From an uncultured delta proteobacterium (lineage in GTDB: Bacteria; Myxococcota; Myxococcia; Myxococcales; 40CM-4-68-19), in contig CAIWCD010000013.1 of the NCBI GenBank assembly GCA_903911145.1, positions 434,001-491,200 on the forward strand: a stretch of 57,200 bases of DNA, in the 5' to 3' direction. Below, piece by piece: positions 19,605-30,025 of the stretch (its first letter is position 1; every line of letters begins with the position of its first letter). A program made the translations under genes and the position numbers. A model generated the notes under the pieces. The model saw only the letters and a program-made list of their open reading frames with translations. It did no database searches and had not been told where the DNA came from.

Positions 19605-20899
19605 GACAGCTGCCCCAGCGCTGCCACCAGATCGGTCAGCGACACCTCGTGCTGCGCGCCCGTCTTGAGCTCCTTGAGCTTCGCCCGTCCGCTCGTAATC
19701 TCGTCTCCTCCGAGCACGAGCGCGAAACGCGCCGAGAGCGCATCCGCGCGCTTCATCATGTTGCCGACGTTCGCACGACGCAGGCTCACCTCGACGCCAA
19801 GGCCCGCCGCACGCAGCGACTGCGCGAGCTCATCCGCCTTCTTCTCCTCTGCTTCGCCGAGCGGCGCGATGAAGAGCACCGGCCGCGACGACGCCTCCCG
19901 GCCCGCCGCCGCGCAGAGCAGCGCAAGCCGCTCGACACCTGCCGCAAAGCCAACGCCCGCAACATCGCCACCGCCGAGCTGCTTGACGAGCCCGTCGTAA
20001 CGTCCGCCGCCCGCGACTGTGCTCTGCGCGCCGAGACCCTCCGTCGCGATCGCCTCGAACGTGGTGCGCGTGTAGTAGTCGAGTCCGCGCACGAGCCGCG
20101 GATCGACGACGAACGGAACCCCGAGCCGCGTGAGTCCCTCCTTCACGCCGTCGAAGTGGGCCCGCGCCGCGTCGCTGAGGAACGCGTCGATCCTCGGAGC
20201 GCCCTCGAGGATCTCGGGCTTGTCGAACTTCGAGTCGAGCACGCGGATGGGATTTGTCTCGATGCGCGCCACGCTGTCGGCAGTGAGCTCCGCCTGGTGT
20301 GCGCGCAGATAGTCTTGAAGGGCGGCCTTCCAGCGCGGCCGCGTCTCGCCATCGCCAAGCGTGTTGAGGTGCATCGCGAAGGGAATGCCCAGCGCCGTGA
20401 GCCAGCGGTGGAGCATCTCGATCTGCTCGACATCGATGCGCGGCCCCTGGGAGCCAAACGCCTCGACGCCGATCTGCGTGAACTGCCGATACCGCCCCTT
20501 CTGCTGCCGCTCACGACGGAACATCGGGCCGAGGTACCACCACTTCGTCTCCGGCTCGCTCTGCTGCACGTTGTGCTGCACGTACGCGCGCACCAGCGAC
20601 GCCGTGTTCTCCGGCCGCATCGAGATGCTCACCGACTTCCCCTCGGCGCCGTCGTCGAACGTGTACATCTCCTTGCCGACGATGTCGGTCGCTTCACCAA
20701 TGCCGCGCGCGAACAACTCGGTCCGCTCGAGGATCGGCGTGCGCGCCTCGCGATAGCCGTAGAGCGGAAACGTCGTGCGCGCCGCGCTCTCAATCAACTG
20801 GTAGTGCCCGATGCGCAGCCACGGCTCGTCGGAGTCTTTGTAGATGTCGAGTGGCAACACATCGCGGGTGCCCTTGACCGGCGGAATCCTGGAGCCCAT
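19601..20899 (-). CDS. hisS: Histidine--tRNA ligase
   Basis: KGTRD, TDIVGKEMYTF, FRRERQQKGRYRQFTQ, LVRGLDYYTRT, GGRYDGL. Confidence 0.96.
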   Translation of the reverse strand: MGSRIPPVKGTRDVLPLDIYKDSDEPWLRIGHYQLIESAARTTFPLYGYREARTPILERTELFARGIGEATDIVGKEMYTFDDGAEGKSVSISMRPENTASLVRAYVQHNVQQSEPETKWWYLGPMFRRERQQKGRYRQFTQIGVEAFGSQGPRIDVEQIEMLHRWLTALGIPFAMHLNTLGDGETRPRWKAALQDYLRAHQAELTADSVARIETNPIRVLDSKFDKPEILEGAPRIDAFLSDAARAHFDGVKEGLTRLGVPFVVDPRLVRGLDYYTRTTFEAIATEGLGAQSTVAGGGRYDGLVKQLGGGDVAGVGFAAGVERLALLCAAAGREASSRPVLFIAPLGEAEEKKADELAQSLRAAGLGVEVSLRRANVGNMMKRADALSARFALVLGGDEITSGRAKLKELKTGAQHEVSLTDLVAALGQLS

Positions 20900-20985
20900 C
20901 GAACGACCTCGGAGGAAGCGTTATCGAATCTGATCGATTCGGTAATTTTCGATAATCTGTTGAATGCCAATGATTCTCAGACGAA

Positions 20986-21828
20986 CTACGCGAGCGGCTC
21001 GCCGAGCTTGATGGGCGTGCCCGCGACGATCTTCGCAGAGAGAGTAAACGCGGGATGGAAGAGCAGCACGACCGTCGAGCCCATTTCGAACATCGCGAGC
21101 TCGCCGCCCTTCTCGACGTGCACCGGTACCTCGAGCGTCTTGCGCTCGACGAGGCGCGTGCGGCGCAGGTTGGTCACGACGTCGGCGTAGAGCGCGCGGA
21201 TGCGACCCACATTGGTCGCGCCGACCTTCACCACGCAGCACGGGCCGCGCGCTGTCTCGATGAAGGTCGAAAGGCGCTCGTTGACGCAGAAGAGCTTGTC
21301 GACGTTGCGCAGGCCCGACGCGTTGACCGGCCAGAGGTGTCCCGGCACCGCGGTGTAGCCGACGATCTCACCGGCAAGCGGCGAGTGGATGCGGTGATAG
21401 TTGTACGGCGCGAGATAGATGGTGACGTACGTGCCGCCCTCGAAGCGTCGCGCCATCTCGTCGGCGTCGGGACCGCCGAGCAGTTCGGGCAGCGTGTAGT
21501 TGCGGCCTTTCGCCTGCACCATTTTCCCCCCGGTGATGACGCCGCACTCGCCGACCGTGCCATCGACAGGCGAGACCGGCAGCGACTCTCCCGGAGCGAT
21601 CGGACGCAGGCCAGGCTTGAGCCGGCGCGTGAAGAACTCGGTGAACGTCGGGTACTCCTCGGGAGGAAGCTCCGACTCGCTGGCGTCGACACCGTAGGCC
21701 GCGACGAAGCGGCGGATCGCGAATCGCACGAGAGGAGATGGCCCCGGAATGCGGCACGCGGCGCCGACTGCGCGGCTGAGTGCGTTCTTGGGAAGCAGAG
21801 AGAGGAGTGTGTGCGAGAGCTCGGACAT
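20986..21828 (-). CDS. psd: Phosphatidylserine decarboxylase proenzyme
   Basis: FTEFFTRRLKPGLRP, SPVDG, YLAPYNYHRIHSP, NER, FEMGSTVV self-cleavage motif. Confidence 0.93.
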   Translation of the reverse strand: MSELSHTLLSLLPKNALSRAVGAACRIPGPSPLVRFAIRRFVAAYGVDASESELPPEEYPTFTEFFTRRLKPGLRPIAPGESLPVSPVDGTVGECGVITGGKMVQAKGRNYTLPELLGGPDADEMARRFEGGTYVTIYLAPYNYHRIHSPLAGEIVGYTAVPGHLWPVNASGLRNVDKLFCVNERLSTFIETARGPCCVVKVGATNVGRIRALYADVVTNLRRTRLVERKTLEVPVHVEKGGELAMFEMGSTVVLLFHPAFTLSAKIVAGTPIKLGEPLA

Positions 21829-21963
21829 GGGGTGCGGGGGTTAGCAGAGAGGGGCGGGCGAGACAACGGGCGCGCGCGCTGGACTTTTGGAGTTTCGAGA
21901 AAAACGCGGACCGCACAGATCGCCGAGACGACCTGCGCGTTGTGAGGGGCAGGAGGAAACACC

Positions 21964-22980
21964 ATGGACCGCACGACCGCCGCCGCCCTCGCCTTTCTTC
22001 TCACCACTGCCTGCGCCACCACGAGCGAGGCCGCCATGCTGCGCACGCAGACGGGACCCTACGAACTGCAGGTCCTCGTCGACGGCCAGCCCGCGCGCAG
22101 CTTCTCGCAGACCGGCGAGACGTGGGTGCTCGGACAGCTCGGCGCGCGCTACACGCTGCGCGTGCAGAACCGCTCGGGGCGGCGCATCGAGGCAGTCGTG
22201 AGCGTGGACGGCCGCGACGTCATCGACGGGCTTCCCGGAGATGTGCAGAAGCGCGGCTATCTCGTGCCGGCATACGGCTCGGTCGACATCGACGGGTGGC
22301 GCATCTCGCAGGCGCAGGCGGCGGCGTTCCGCTTCTCGGCCGTCTCCAATTCCTACGCGGCCCGCACTGGGAGCGGTCGGGAAGTCGGCGTGATCGGAGT
22401 GGCCGTGTTTGAAGAGCGCGCGCCGCGGCCGGTCGCGCGAATCGCGGAGAGTCCAGCGCCCGGGCCGCAGTCGTGCTGCAGCAACTTCGGTGGAGGCGCG
22501 GGGGAGATGGCGCAGCCGTCGCGCTCGGCCAGGCTGGATGCGGCGCCGCGCGATCTCGCGAAGAGCGAAGAGCCGCGGATGCCCTCTCCGGCCCCTGCCG
22601 CGGCGCCGCCTTCGCAACCGAGGGATCAGGACTCGTCGCTGCGCGCGGACATGGACGAGGCAGGGGGCAACGCGGGCGCCGGTGCGCTCGGGTCGATGAG
22701 CGCTCGTTCGGAGGCCAAGAGCGCCGCGCCGCGCAACCGGCCCGGACTCGGCACTGAGTATGGAGAGGCGGTGAACTCGCGCATCGTCGAGGTCTCCTTC
22801 GAGCGCGGGTCGACCCGCCCCTCGACGGTGATTGGCTGCCGCTACAACGACCGTTCAGGTCTCATCGCGCTCGGCATCGACGTCGATGGAATGCGTGAGC
22901 AGACTGCGCGCCTCTCCGCAGACCCCTTCCCGACAGTCGATCGCGGATTCGCCGCGCCGCCGCCCGGATGGCAGCGCTGA
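21964..22980 (+). CDS. Exported hypothetical protein with Pro/Ala-rich middle region
   Basis: AGGAGG RBS, signal peptide, globular N-domain (VVSVDGRDVIDG...IDGWRIS...VGVIGVAVFEE) and LGTEYGE C-terminal motif. Confidence 0.8.
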   Translation: MDRTTAAALAFLLTTACATTSEAAMLRTQTGPYELQVLVDGQPARSFSQTGETWVLGQLGARYTLRVQNRSGRRIEAVVSVDGRDVIDGLPGDVQKRGYLVPAYGSVDIDGWRISQAQAAAFRFSAVSNSYAARTGSGREVGVIGVAVFEERAPRPVARIAESPAPGPQSCCSNFGGGAGEMAQPSRSARLDAAPRDLAKSEEPRMPSPAPAAAPPSQPRDQDSSLRADMDEAGGNAGAGALGSMSARSEAKSAAPRNRPGLGTEYGEAVNSRIVEVSFERGSTRPSTVIGCRYNDRSGLIALGIDVDGMREQTARLSADPFPTVDRGFAAPPPGWQR

Positions 22981-23037
22981 GCAGCACGCTGCCTCTTCAC
23001 GCGAAGGTTGAGCAGCACCACGCCGCCGCCAGCGCCC

Positions 23038-23919
23038 TTACTGGGCTGGCGGCGGTGTCGCGTCGTTGACCGGTGCAGCAACCGTTGGAGGCGGTGGCGC
23101 CTGCGGAGTCGCGTCTTGCTCCTTCGCGACATTGGGAACCGTCGGAGTCGCCGCGGCGGTGGAGGGCGTGGTCAGCGGAGCAGAGGCGCGCGCGGCGTTC
23201 GTCTGCGCTGCGACACCAGAAGCAACACCAGCGTCCGCGGCCGCGCCAGGAGCGGTCTCGGCGACTTTCTCGAACTTCACATCGCTCGCAGGAATGCGCC
23301 GATAGATCCGTCCATCGAGTGCGAGCACCACCTGGTTCACAAAGCCCGGGAGCTTGCTGCGGCAGGTCGGATCCTCGGCCAGCTTGTAGGTCGTGCCTGT
23401 CTTGCCGCCGCCCTCCTCGCGAAACGGCGCGTTCGCCACCAGGCAGCCGCCCGAGGCCTTGTTGATCTCGGCAATCGACGCGCCAGGTCCATACGGATCG
23501 CTGTCCGCCGCGCCCGCATCCTCTCCCGCAGCCGCTGCCGGCGCCGCCGGAACTGCCGCCGCGAGAATCTGCGAGGTGTTGATCGCAATCGTCCGCTGCA
23601 CCGCGGCCAGTTCGCGCGCGTGCGCGTCTCGCGCAAGCTTCGCCTCGATCCTCCCCTTCTCGATGCGCGCAAGCAGCTCGTGCGCAGGCTGCGCGCTCAC
23701 CGAATCCGCCTCGACCTTCGAGAGCTCGGCGACCGCGTCGTCCATGTGTGGATCGAGATAGGCCTCATCCATCCTGGCCAGATAGAGCTCGCTGTGGATT
23801 GCCGCGCCGCGATCGAAGTGCTCGCTCGGTCCCTTCGGCCGCTTGTGGCAAGCGCTTCCCATGAGGAGCGAAATCAGCCCCACCATCCGCACTGCCTGCA
23901 CCGTTCGCTGCGTCGCCAA
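23038..23919 (-). CDS. Putative lipoprotein, hypothetical
   Basis: LISLLMGSAC lipobox-like segment; coding-like codon usage; start uncertain. Confidence 0.7.
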   Translation of the reverse strand: MATQRTVQAVRMVGLISLLMGSACHKRPKGPSEHFDRGAAIHSELYLARMDEAYLDPHMDDAVAELSKVEADSVSAQPAHELLARIEKGRIEAKLARDAHARELAAVQRTIAINTSQILAAAVPAAPAAAAGEDAGAADSDPYGPGASIAEINKASGGCLVANAPFREEGGGKTGTTYKLAEDPTCRSKLPGFVNQVVLALDGRIYRRIPASDVKFEKVAETAPGAAADAGVASGVAAQTNAARASAPLTTPSTAAATPTVPNVAKEQDATPQAPPPPTVAAPVNDATPPPAQ

Positions 23920-24034
23920 AGGTCAACCCTCCTCTGCAATCAAAGGCGCGCGGAAGCTAGCACGCCAGCCGACCGATGGCCCTTTTCCAACCCGCATGAT
24001 GAATCGGACCACTTCCGAGCTGAGGGATCACGAC

Positions 24035-24904
24035 ATGCGCCTCATCAAATACGCCCTGCCCATGCTGTTCATCGCCGGTGTCGCGCTCTTCGCGTCGCGC
24101 GCGTGGACCGAAGCCGATGACATCTCCAAGCGGCAGCTCGCGGTCGAGCACTCCCGCAGCCAGTTCATTCAGCACGAGGCGCTGGTCCGCGGAGCCGATG
24201 ACGCGCGCTACGCCGACGAGCAGCACCAGTTGTTGCGCTCCTGGTTCGCCGAGCAGACCGAACTGGGCAATCGCTGGCCGTCGCAGCGCGCGAACGCGGC
24301 CCCGTTCATCCCGCCCGCGCCCAAGGTGAAGGGCGGCGATCTGCACGAGTACGAGGAGCTCGCCGCCTCGACGATCGGCACATGGCGCGAAGGCAAGTTC
24401 GATCTGGTCCACAGCGGGCTGGCGGGTGGATTGCGCTTCGATGTGCTGCGGGTCGCGCGCATCGCGGGCCAGCCGAAGCTTGCGGTGGACGTCGCGGTGT
24501 GGGGTGCGCCCGAGGAGCTGGAGGTCGAGGAGAGCAAGGAGCCGAACGGCCACGGCCAGCAGCACGCCTCGGTCCCGATCTCGTTCCACGGCCTCTCGAT
24601 CAAGTTCTACGACGAGAAGGGCAAGGAGATTGCTGGCATGCCTCTCGAGGGCGAGCCGAGCCTGCGACTCGACATTCCCGAGCGCCTCGTGCACGACGCG
24701 CCCCCCGGTGTGGTCGTGCTGCGCTACGAGCCCGGCCTCTTCCCGCGCGAGCCGGCGATGGTTGAGTGGACGCTCTCGGCCGCCGTGCGCACGGTCACCG
24801 GAGACAATCGCCCGCTGACGATGACGTTCAAGACCCACCTCGATCCGGCCTGGTCGATCGCGGCTGGGCAGGCGTGGGGCGGCAAGGAAATCGAAGCGCA
24901 GTAG
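24035..24904 (+). CDS. Membrane-anchored hypothetical protein
   Basis: MRLIKYALPMLFIAGVALFA N-terminal TM/signal; GAGGG RBS-like sequence; strong GC3 bias. Confidence 0.75.
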   Translation: MRLIKYALPMLFIAGVALFASRAWTEADDISKRQLAVEHSRSQFIQHEALVRGADDARYADEQHQLLRSWFAEQTELGNRWPSQRANAAPFIPPAPKVKGGDLHEYEELAASTIGTWREGKFDLVHSGLAGGLRFDVLRVARIAGQPKLAVDVAVWGAPEELEVEESKEPNGHGQQHASVPISFHGLSIKFYDEKGKEIAGMPLEGEPSLRLDIPERLVHDAPPGVVVLRYEPGLFPREPAMVEWTLSAAVRTVTGDNRPLTMTFKTHLDPAWSIAAGQAWGGKEIEAQ

Positions 24905-24926
24905 TCGCGCATTCGATCGGGCGCGC

Positions 24927-26153
24927 TCAGAATTCTCCGCTGAGCGCGACGGCACCACCGCCGGGAACCACGACGGGCGCTGCGTTCAACTCCGCGCTCT
25001 GCTTGCGAGAGAGAACGACATCCGAGATCAGCATCGCTGCGCCCGCGAGCGCGAGCGCGCCGCTGATGCCGAAGACGATGCGCGTGTTCCGCACTTCGTT
25101 CTCTTTGTTCGTCAGCATCTGCTGCGCTGTGTTCGGATTCGGCGTTCCAGCCAGATACAGATTCAGCGTGGACGCGTCTGCGTTGACCTCGAGCTGCATC
25201 GCAGTCGCAATGCCGACCGCGATCACACCCGCGCCCAGCGCGGACCAGCCCGCGATCCTGAGCCACGGGCCGCGCTCAGGTTGCACAAGCGTCGCGGCGA
25301 CCGGAGCGGTGACGACCGGAACTGGTGCTGCCGACTCGGTCGCGCGCAGATAGGCGACGCCGGCCAACTCGCCGTGAGGAAGATCGACGTCGGCCTTCGT
25401 CGTCTGATCGAAACGCACTTCGACGAAGAGGGAGGCATCGTGAAATCCCTCTTTCGTCACACGGACGGCGCGCCTGCCCGGCTCGATCCCATCCACCGAA
25501 TGCGCGAGAGGAAGATCGGCCACCAACTTGCCGTCGACGAAAAGATGCGCTCCCCGCGCATCGCTCTGCGCAACCGGCACGGGCGGCCCATTGCCGGCGG
25601 AGGTCTGCACCAGCCGCACTTCGAGCCGTCCGACGAATCTCGCCGGTGCGAGAAGCTCGACTGCCGCTGCGTGCAGAACCTGGATGACCAACTCCTGGCG
25701 GCCTGCAACCGGATGCGTGATGCGCCGGACCTCTTTGCCAGTGCGCGCGTCGACGAGCTTGAGATCGACGAGGACGTCCTCGCCGAGCGCGCTCACCGTG
25801 CCGGAGACAAACTGCTTCGCGCCCGCCTTGCTCGCCGCATCGGCAGCGCAGGCCGGACGCGCCAGACAGTCGCTCTCATGCGCGCGCTCCACGATTGCCG
25901 CGACGTCGCCCGGCTGGATGATCGTCAACTCGGGCAGAGAGGCCGCTTCATTGCGCAGCGTCGTCTCGAGAGCAGTCGCTTCGTTGGCGGGAACCCCGAG
26001 TGAGCGCAGAGGGAACAGCACCGTCGGGATCGCCGCTGGCGTCGATGCGATCGCGCGCGGAGTCGACTTTGCCTCCGGGGCCGCGAGCGCGAGCGGCGTC
26101 CACACGAAGCAAGTGATGCCAAGAAGTGCGGCTCGTCGCCATGGTGCGTGCAT
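24927..26153 (-). CDS. PEGA domain-containing exported/membrane protein
   Basis: Signal peptide, TolB-N/CsgG-like segment (FVSGTVSALG..VDLKLVD), PEGA (GAHLFVDG...PGRRAVRVTKEGF), C-terminal hydrophobic helices ending in SGEF. Confidence 0.75.
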   Translation of the reverse strand: MHAPWRRAALLGITCFVWTPLALAAPEAKSTPRAIASTPAAIPTVLFPLRSLGVPANEATALETTLRNEAASLPELTIIQPGDVAAIVERAHESDCLARPACAADAASKAGAKQFVSGTVSALGEDVLVDLKLVDARTGKEVRRITHPVAGRQELVIQVLHAAAVELLAPARFVGRLEVRLVQTSAGNGPPVPVAQSDARGAHLFVDGKLVADLPLAHSVDGIEPGRRAVRVTKEGFHDASLFVEVRFDQTTKADVDLPHGELAGVAYLRATESAAPVPVVTAPVAATLVQPERGPWLRIAGWSALGAGVIAVGIATAMQLEVNADASTLNLYLAGTPNPNTAQQMLTNKENEVRNTRIVFGISGALALAGAAMLISDVVLSRKQSAELNAAPVVVPGGGAVALSGEF

Positions 26154-26257
26154 GGCGCGCACTATCGTGAGAGTCGCCCCACTTCTCAAGTCCGCTCACC
26201 CGCTGTTCACCTCGGCCCCCAGAACGCAGACGCGTTTGCTGCTACGTTCCCGCGCCT

Positions 26258-27064
26258 ATGTGCCGCCTCTTTGGCTCCCGCTCACAAGAGCCCGAACGCG
26301 CCGCTCGCGAGTTGGTGCGCGCCGAAAATGCCCTCCGGGTTCAGAGCGTGGCGCATCCGGACGGCTGGGGAATTGGTTGGTACACCAATGATTCGCCACA
26401 CGTCGTGCGCTCGGTCGAACCGGCCCACGCGGACCTGCGCTTCACAGAAGAGAGCGAGTTGCTGCACGCGCAGACGGTGATCGCGCACGTGCGCAAGGCC
26501 AGCATCGGCCGCATCGCGTTCGAGAACACCCATCCGTTTCAGCTCGGGCGGTGGCTCTTCGTGCACAACGGAACCATCCCGAACTGGGAGCGCTGCTGCG
26601 CTGCGATCGACGAGCAGCTTGAGCCATCGGTGCGGCGCGCGCTCGTGGGAGAGACGGACAGCGAAAGGTGCGCGGCGCTTTTCTTCTCGCTGCTTGCGCG
26701 GCGCTGCGATCCGCAGGACGCGCCTTTCGCCGAGACGGTCTTTGCTCTGCGCCAGACTGTGGCGCTCGTCCGTTCTGCCTCCGAGCCGAATGCACAGGAG
26801 GCGGCAAGCACGACGTTCCTGCTCACCGATGGGCGAGCCATGGTCGCGTGTCGCCGAGGGAGGACGCTGCATGCGTGCGTGCCCGCGCCAGGAGCGGACG
26901 GGCGCGTCGCGTGGCTTGCGCTCTCGAGCGAACATCCGCACGGGAACGCAGAAGCGGGCACGGCTGGGCATCGCGGCAACTGGATTCCCCTCGAAGAAGA
27001 CAGCTGGATCGGTGTCGATGCGGACCTGCGGCTGCACCGCGGATCGCTCGACCACGCAGAGTGA
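26258..27064 (+). CDS. Class II glutamine amidotransferase (YafJ/EgtC-like)
   Basis: N-terminal MCRLFG (Cys nucleophile), DGWG, AHVRKAS, NTHPF, HNG, TDSE. Confidence 0.9.
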   Translation: MCRLFGSRSQEPERAARELVRAENALRVQSVAHPDGWGIGWYTNDSPHVVRSVEPAHADLRFTEESELLHAQTVIAHVRKASIGRIAFENTHPFQLGRWLFVHNGTIPNWERCCAAIDEQLEPSVRRALVGETDSERCAALFFSLLARRCDPQDAPFAETVFALRQTVALVRSASEPNAQEAASTTFLLTDGRAMVACRRGRTLHACVPAPGADGRVAWLALSSEHPHGNAEAGTAGHRGNWIPLEEDSWIGVDADLRLHRGSLDHAE

Positions 27065-27571
27065 TCAGCGCTTCGTGCGGCGAATCGCGCGCGGCTTCAA
27101 TGACCTCAGCAAAGCATCGCGGAGCCGCTCACTGCGCGGCCCAACCGCATCGAGCGTGAGTTTGCGGGAGGTCGCGCCCGCATGCGCAAACGAGAGGTCG
27201 AGGCGCTCGCGCGGGAGAGCATCGCCGGCGCGCTCGGGCCACTCGCAGAGCGCAGCGACCGGTTCGGCGAGGAGATCATCGAACCCGATCGCGAAGAGTT
27301 CGGCGGCGCTCGAGAGACGATAGAGATCGAGGTGCAGCAAGGGCACGCGGCCGCCGCGATAGACGTTGGCGAGCGCGAACGTCGGCGAGCCTGCGCGCTC
27401 CTCATCAGGAACGAGCGCGCCCTCTGCGACTGCGCGAGCGAAGAGCGTCTTGCCCGCGCCCAGCGTGCCCCGCAGCGCGACGAAGTCGTACGGTTCGAGC
27501 AGCGCGCCGAGTGCGCGACCGAGGCGGCGCGTGGCGAGCGGAGAGCGAAGAAGAAGCTCCTCGCCCATCAC
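27065..27571 (-). CDS. tsaE: tRNA t6A biosynthesis ATPase
   Basis: LRGTLGAGKT, SPTF, HLDLYRL, EWPE. Confidence 0.93.
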   Translation of the reverse strand: MMGEELLLRSPLATRRLGRALGALLEPYDFVALRGTLGAGKTLFARAVAEGALVPDEERAGSPTFALANVYRGGRVPLLHLDLYRLSSAAELFAIGFDDLLAEPVAALCEWPERAGDALPRERLDLSFAHAGATSRKLTLDAVGPRSERLRDALLRSLKPRAIRRTKR

Positions 27572-29265
27572 CCGAGCCGCGTAAGCGCTGGCTGCGCGAG
27601 ACGGTGGAGCACGCGGCCGAGACCGATGCGCGAGAGATCGCTGGCGACCATGCCGATCTCTCCTTGCTCGGCTGCGACTGCATCGCCAGCGAGCGCGTGG
27701 AGCAGGACCGCAAGCTGCGCGCGCTCGAAGGTGCTGCCTGCACCGCTGCGACGCGCGAGCAGCGCCGCGGTGATGCCCGTGAGCACGTCGCCGGATCCAG
27801 CCGTCGCCATACCGGGATTTCCTGCGCCGCAGATCGCGAGCGCACCGAATGGAGCGGCGACAACTGTGCGCGAGCCCTTGAGCACAATGATCGACGAGAA
27901 GCGCAAAGCCGCGCGGGACGCGGCCGCGAGACGATCCGACTCGATCAGCTCAATCGACTCGCCGGTCAGACGCGAGAACTCCATCACGTGCGGCGTCAGC
28001 ACCGGGCGCTGCGATGGACGACCGCACCAACTGCTGATCTGATCGCGATGTTCAGCGAGCGCGTTGAGCGCGTCGGCGTCGAGGATGCACGAGATGCTCG
28101 GGTCGAGTTCAGCGAGCAGAGCGCCGAACAGCGGCCCGGTCTCGCTTCCGCGCGCAATGCCCGGGCCCGCGCAGAGAGCGGTCTTGCCGCGAAGCGCACG
28201 ACGCAACGCAGGAAGATCGGAGAGCGAAAGCGGCGCACCCGGATCGCCAAGTGGCGCGGGAAGCGGCGCGCCCATCACCTCGGGAATGCCCGGCAGGACA
28301 CGTTCGAGAACTTCCGGTCGGGCGCAGAGCGTGACGAGGCCCGCACCTGCGCGCATCGCCGCTTCACAGACGAGCGCCGCTGCACCCGACTTCTCGAGAG
28401 AACCCGCGATCGCGAGCACATGTCCGAAGTTCTGCTTGTGCGCCGTCTGCGCGCGAGGCTCGAGCATGCGTCGCGCCCACGCTTCGTCGAGAAGTTCGCA
28501 GAACGAACCATCGAGCTGCGCCTCGAGGGCGCGCGGCAAACCGATCGGCGCGACGGAAATCCGGCCCGCGCAGCTCGTGCCGGGATGGAGATAGAGGCCG
28601 CGCTTGGGGAGATGAAACGTGACGGTCACGTCGGCGTGAGCGACGTGGATGGGCGTGAGCGCGCCGCTGTCGGCGTCGAGGCCGCTGGGGACGTCGACAG
28701 AGATGAGCCGCGCCCCGCGCGCACTTGCGCGATTGAGCTGCTCGATCGCGCGCGCCTCTTCGCCGGCTGGATTGCGCGACAGACCGCTGCCGAAGACCGC
28801 ATCGATCACCGCATCGCCCTGCGACAGAATCGCAAAGCGGCCACCAGCGCGGCCCAGCTCATCGAGCGACAAGGTGCGCCCGCCGCTTGCCTGCCATGCC
28901 ATCGCAGCGGAGTGCGCATCGCCGCGCAGCTGCGCGAGAGGAGTTGTCGCGATGCAGACGACCTCTTCGGATTCCAGACTTTCCGCGAGCGAGAGTTCCG
29001 CCGCCGCACCATCGGCTTGCGCCAACGCATCTGCCGACCGCTCTGGCGGCGCTCTGCGTGATTCGCGGATGATCCGCGCCGCGACATATCCGTCGCCGCC
29101 GTTGTTGCCCGGGCCGCAGAAGATCGCGACGCGCGCTGCAGGCTGCGCGAGGAGTTCCCGTGCCACTGCCGCGCCCGCGCTCTCCATCAACACGCGCGTC
29201 GGCAGTTGCGCCTCGACTGCGAAGCGATCGAGCGCGCGCTGCTCCGCGGCGGTGATGAGCCTCAT
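27568..29265 (-). CDS. nnr: Bifunctional NAD(P)H-hydrate epimerase/dehydratase
   Basis: [52 protein letters not shown]. Confidence 0.93.
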   Translation of the reverse strand: MRLITAAEQRALDRFAVEAQLPTRVLMESAGAAVARELLAQPAARVAIFCGPGNNGGDGYVAARIIRESRRAPPERSADALAQADGAAAELSLAESLESEEVVCIATTPLAQLRGDAHSAAMAWQASGGRTLSLDELGRAGGRFAILSQGDAVIDAVFGSGLSRNPAGEEARAIEQLNRASARGARLISVDVPSGLDADSGALTPIHVAHADVTVTFHLPKRGLYLHPGTSCAGRISVAPIGLPRALEAQLDGSFCELLDEAWARRMLEPRAQTAHKQNFGHVLAIAGSLEKSGAAALVCEAAMRAGAGLVTLCARPEVLERVLPGIPEVMGAPLPAPLGDPGAPLSLSDLPALRRALRGKTALCAGPGIARGSETGPLFGALLAELDPSISCILDADALNALAEHRDQISSWCGRPSQRPVLTPHVMEFSRLTGESIELIESDRLAAASRAALRFSSIIVLKGSRTVVAAPFGALAICGAGNPGMATAGSGDVLTGITAALLARRSGAGSTFERAQLAVLLHALAGDAVAAEQGEIGMVASDLSRIGLGRVLHRLAQPALTRLG

Positions 29266-29972
29266 CCGATCAGTTCCTTCATGTCGCGCACCGCGTTCTC
29301 GAGGCCGACGAGGAGCGCGCGGCAGACGATCGAGTAGCCGATGTTCAGCTCGGTGATCTCTGCGATCTCGAGGATGGGCTTGACGTTCCAGTAGTCCAGA
29401 CCATGTCCCGCAGCGACCCGCAGCCCGAGCTTCGCCGCAGCCTTCGCGCCGCGCACCAACCGCGCGAGCTCCTTCTTGCGCGCGCTCGCGCTCTTCGCCT
29501 CGCAGTAGCTTCCCGTGTGCAGCTCAACCGCCGTCGCACCCGCGCGCTTCGACGCTTCAATCTGCGCAATCTCGGGATCGATGAAGAGCGATACTTCGAT
29601 CTCCGCGGCCTGCAGCGCCTTCGTCACGCGCGCGATCGCCGCGCGCTGGCCGACCACATCGAGGCCCCCCTCGGTGGTCAGCTCCTCGCGCTTCTCCGGC
29701 ACGAGCGTGACAGTGTCGGGCTTCTCGCGCAGCGCGATCGCAAGCATCGCGTCGGTCGCGGCCATTTCGAGATTGAGCGCGCCGTTCACGGTCTGGCGCA
29801 GCAGCGAGAGATCGCGCTCGTTGACGTGGCGGCGATCTTCGCGAACGTGCAGCGTGATCTGCTCCGCGCCGCCGAGCTCCGCGAGCGCTGCTGCAGCGAC
29901 TGGATCGGGATAGCGGCCGCGCCGCGCCTGACGAAGCGTCGCCACATGATCGATGTTCACACCGAGCCGCAT
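29262..29972 (-). CDS. pdxJ: Pyridoxine 5'-phosphate synthase
   Basis: [40 protein letters not shown]. Confidence 0.97.
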   Translation of the reverse strand: MRLGVNIDHVATLRQARRGRYPDPVAAAALAELGGAEQITLHVREDRRHVNERDLSLLRQTVNGALNLEMAATDAMLAIALREKPDTVTLVPEKREELTTEGGLDVVGQRAAIARVTKALQAAEIEVSLFIDPEIAQIEASKRAGATAVELHTGSYCEAKSASARKKELARLVRGAKAAAKLGLRVAAGHGLDYWNVKPILEIAEITELNIGYSIVCRALLVGLENAVRDMKELIG

Positions 29973-30025
29973 GGCGACACCTCTGTGCGCGTGAAGCTGC
30001 GCGAATGGATGCGAATTGAAGCTGG

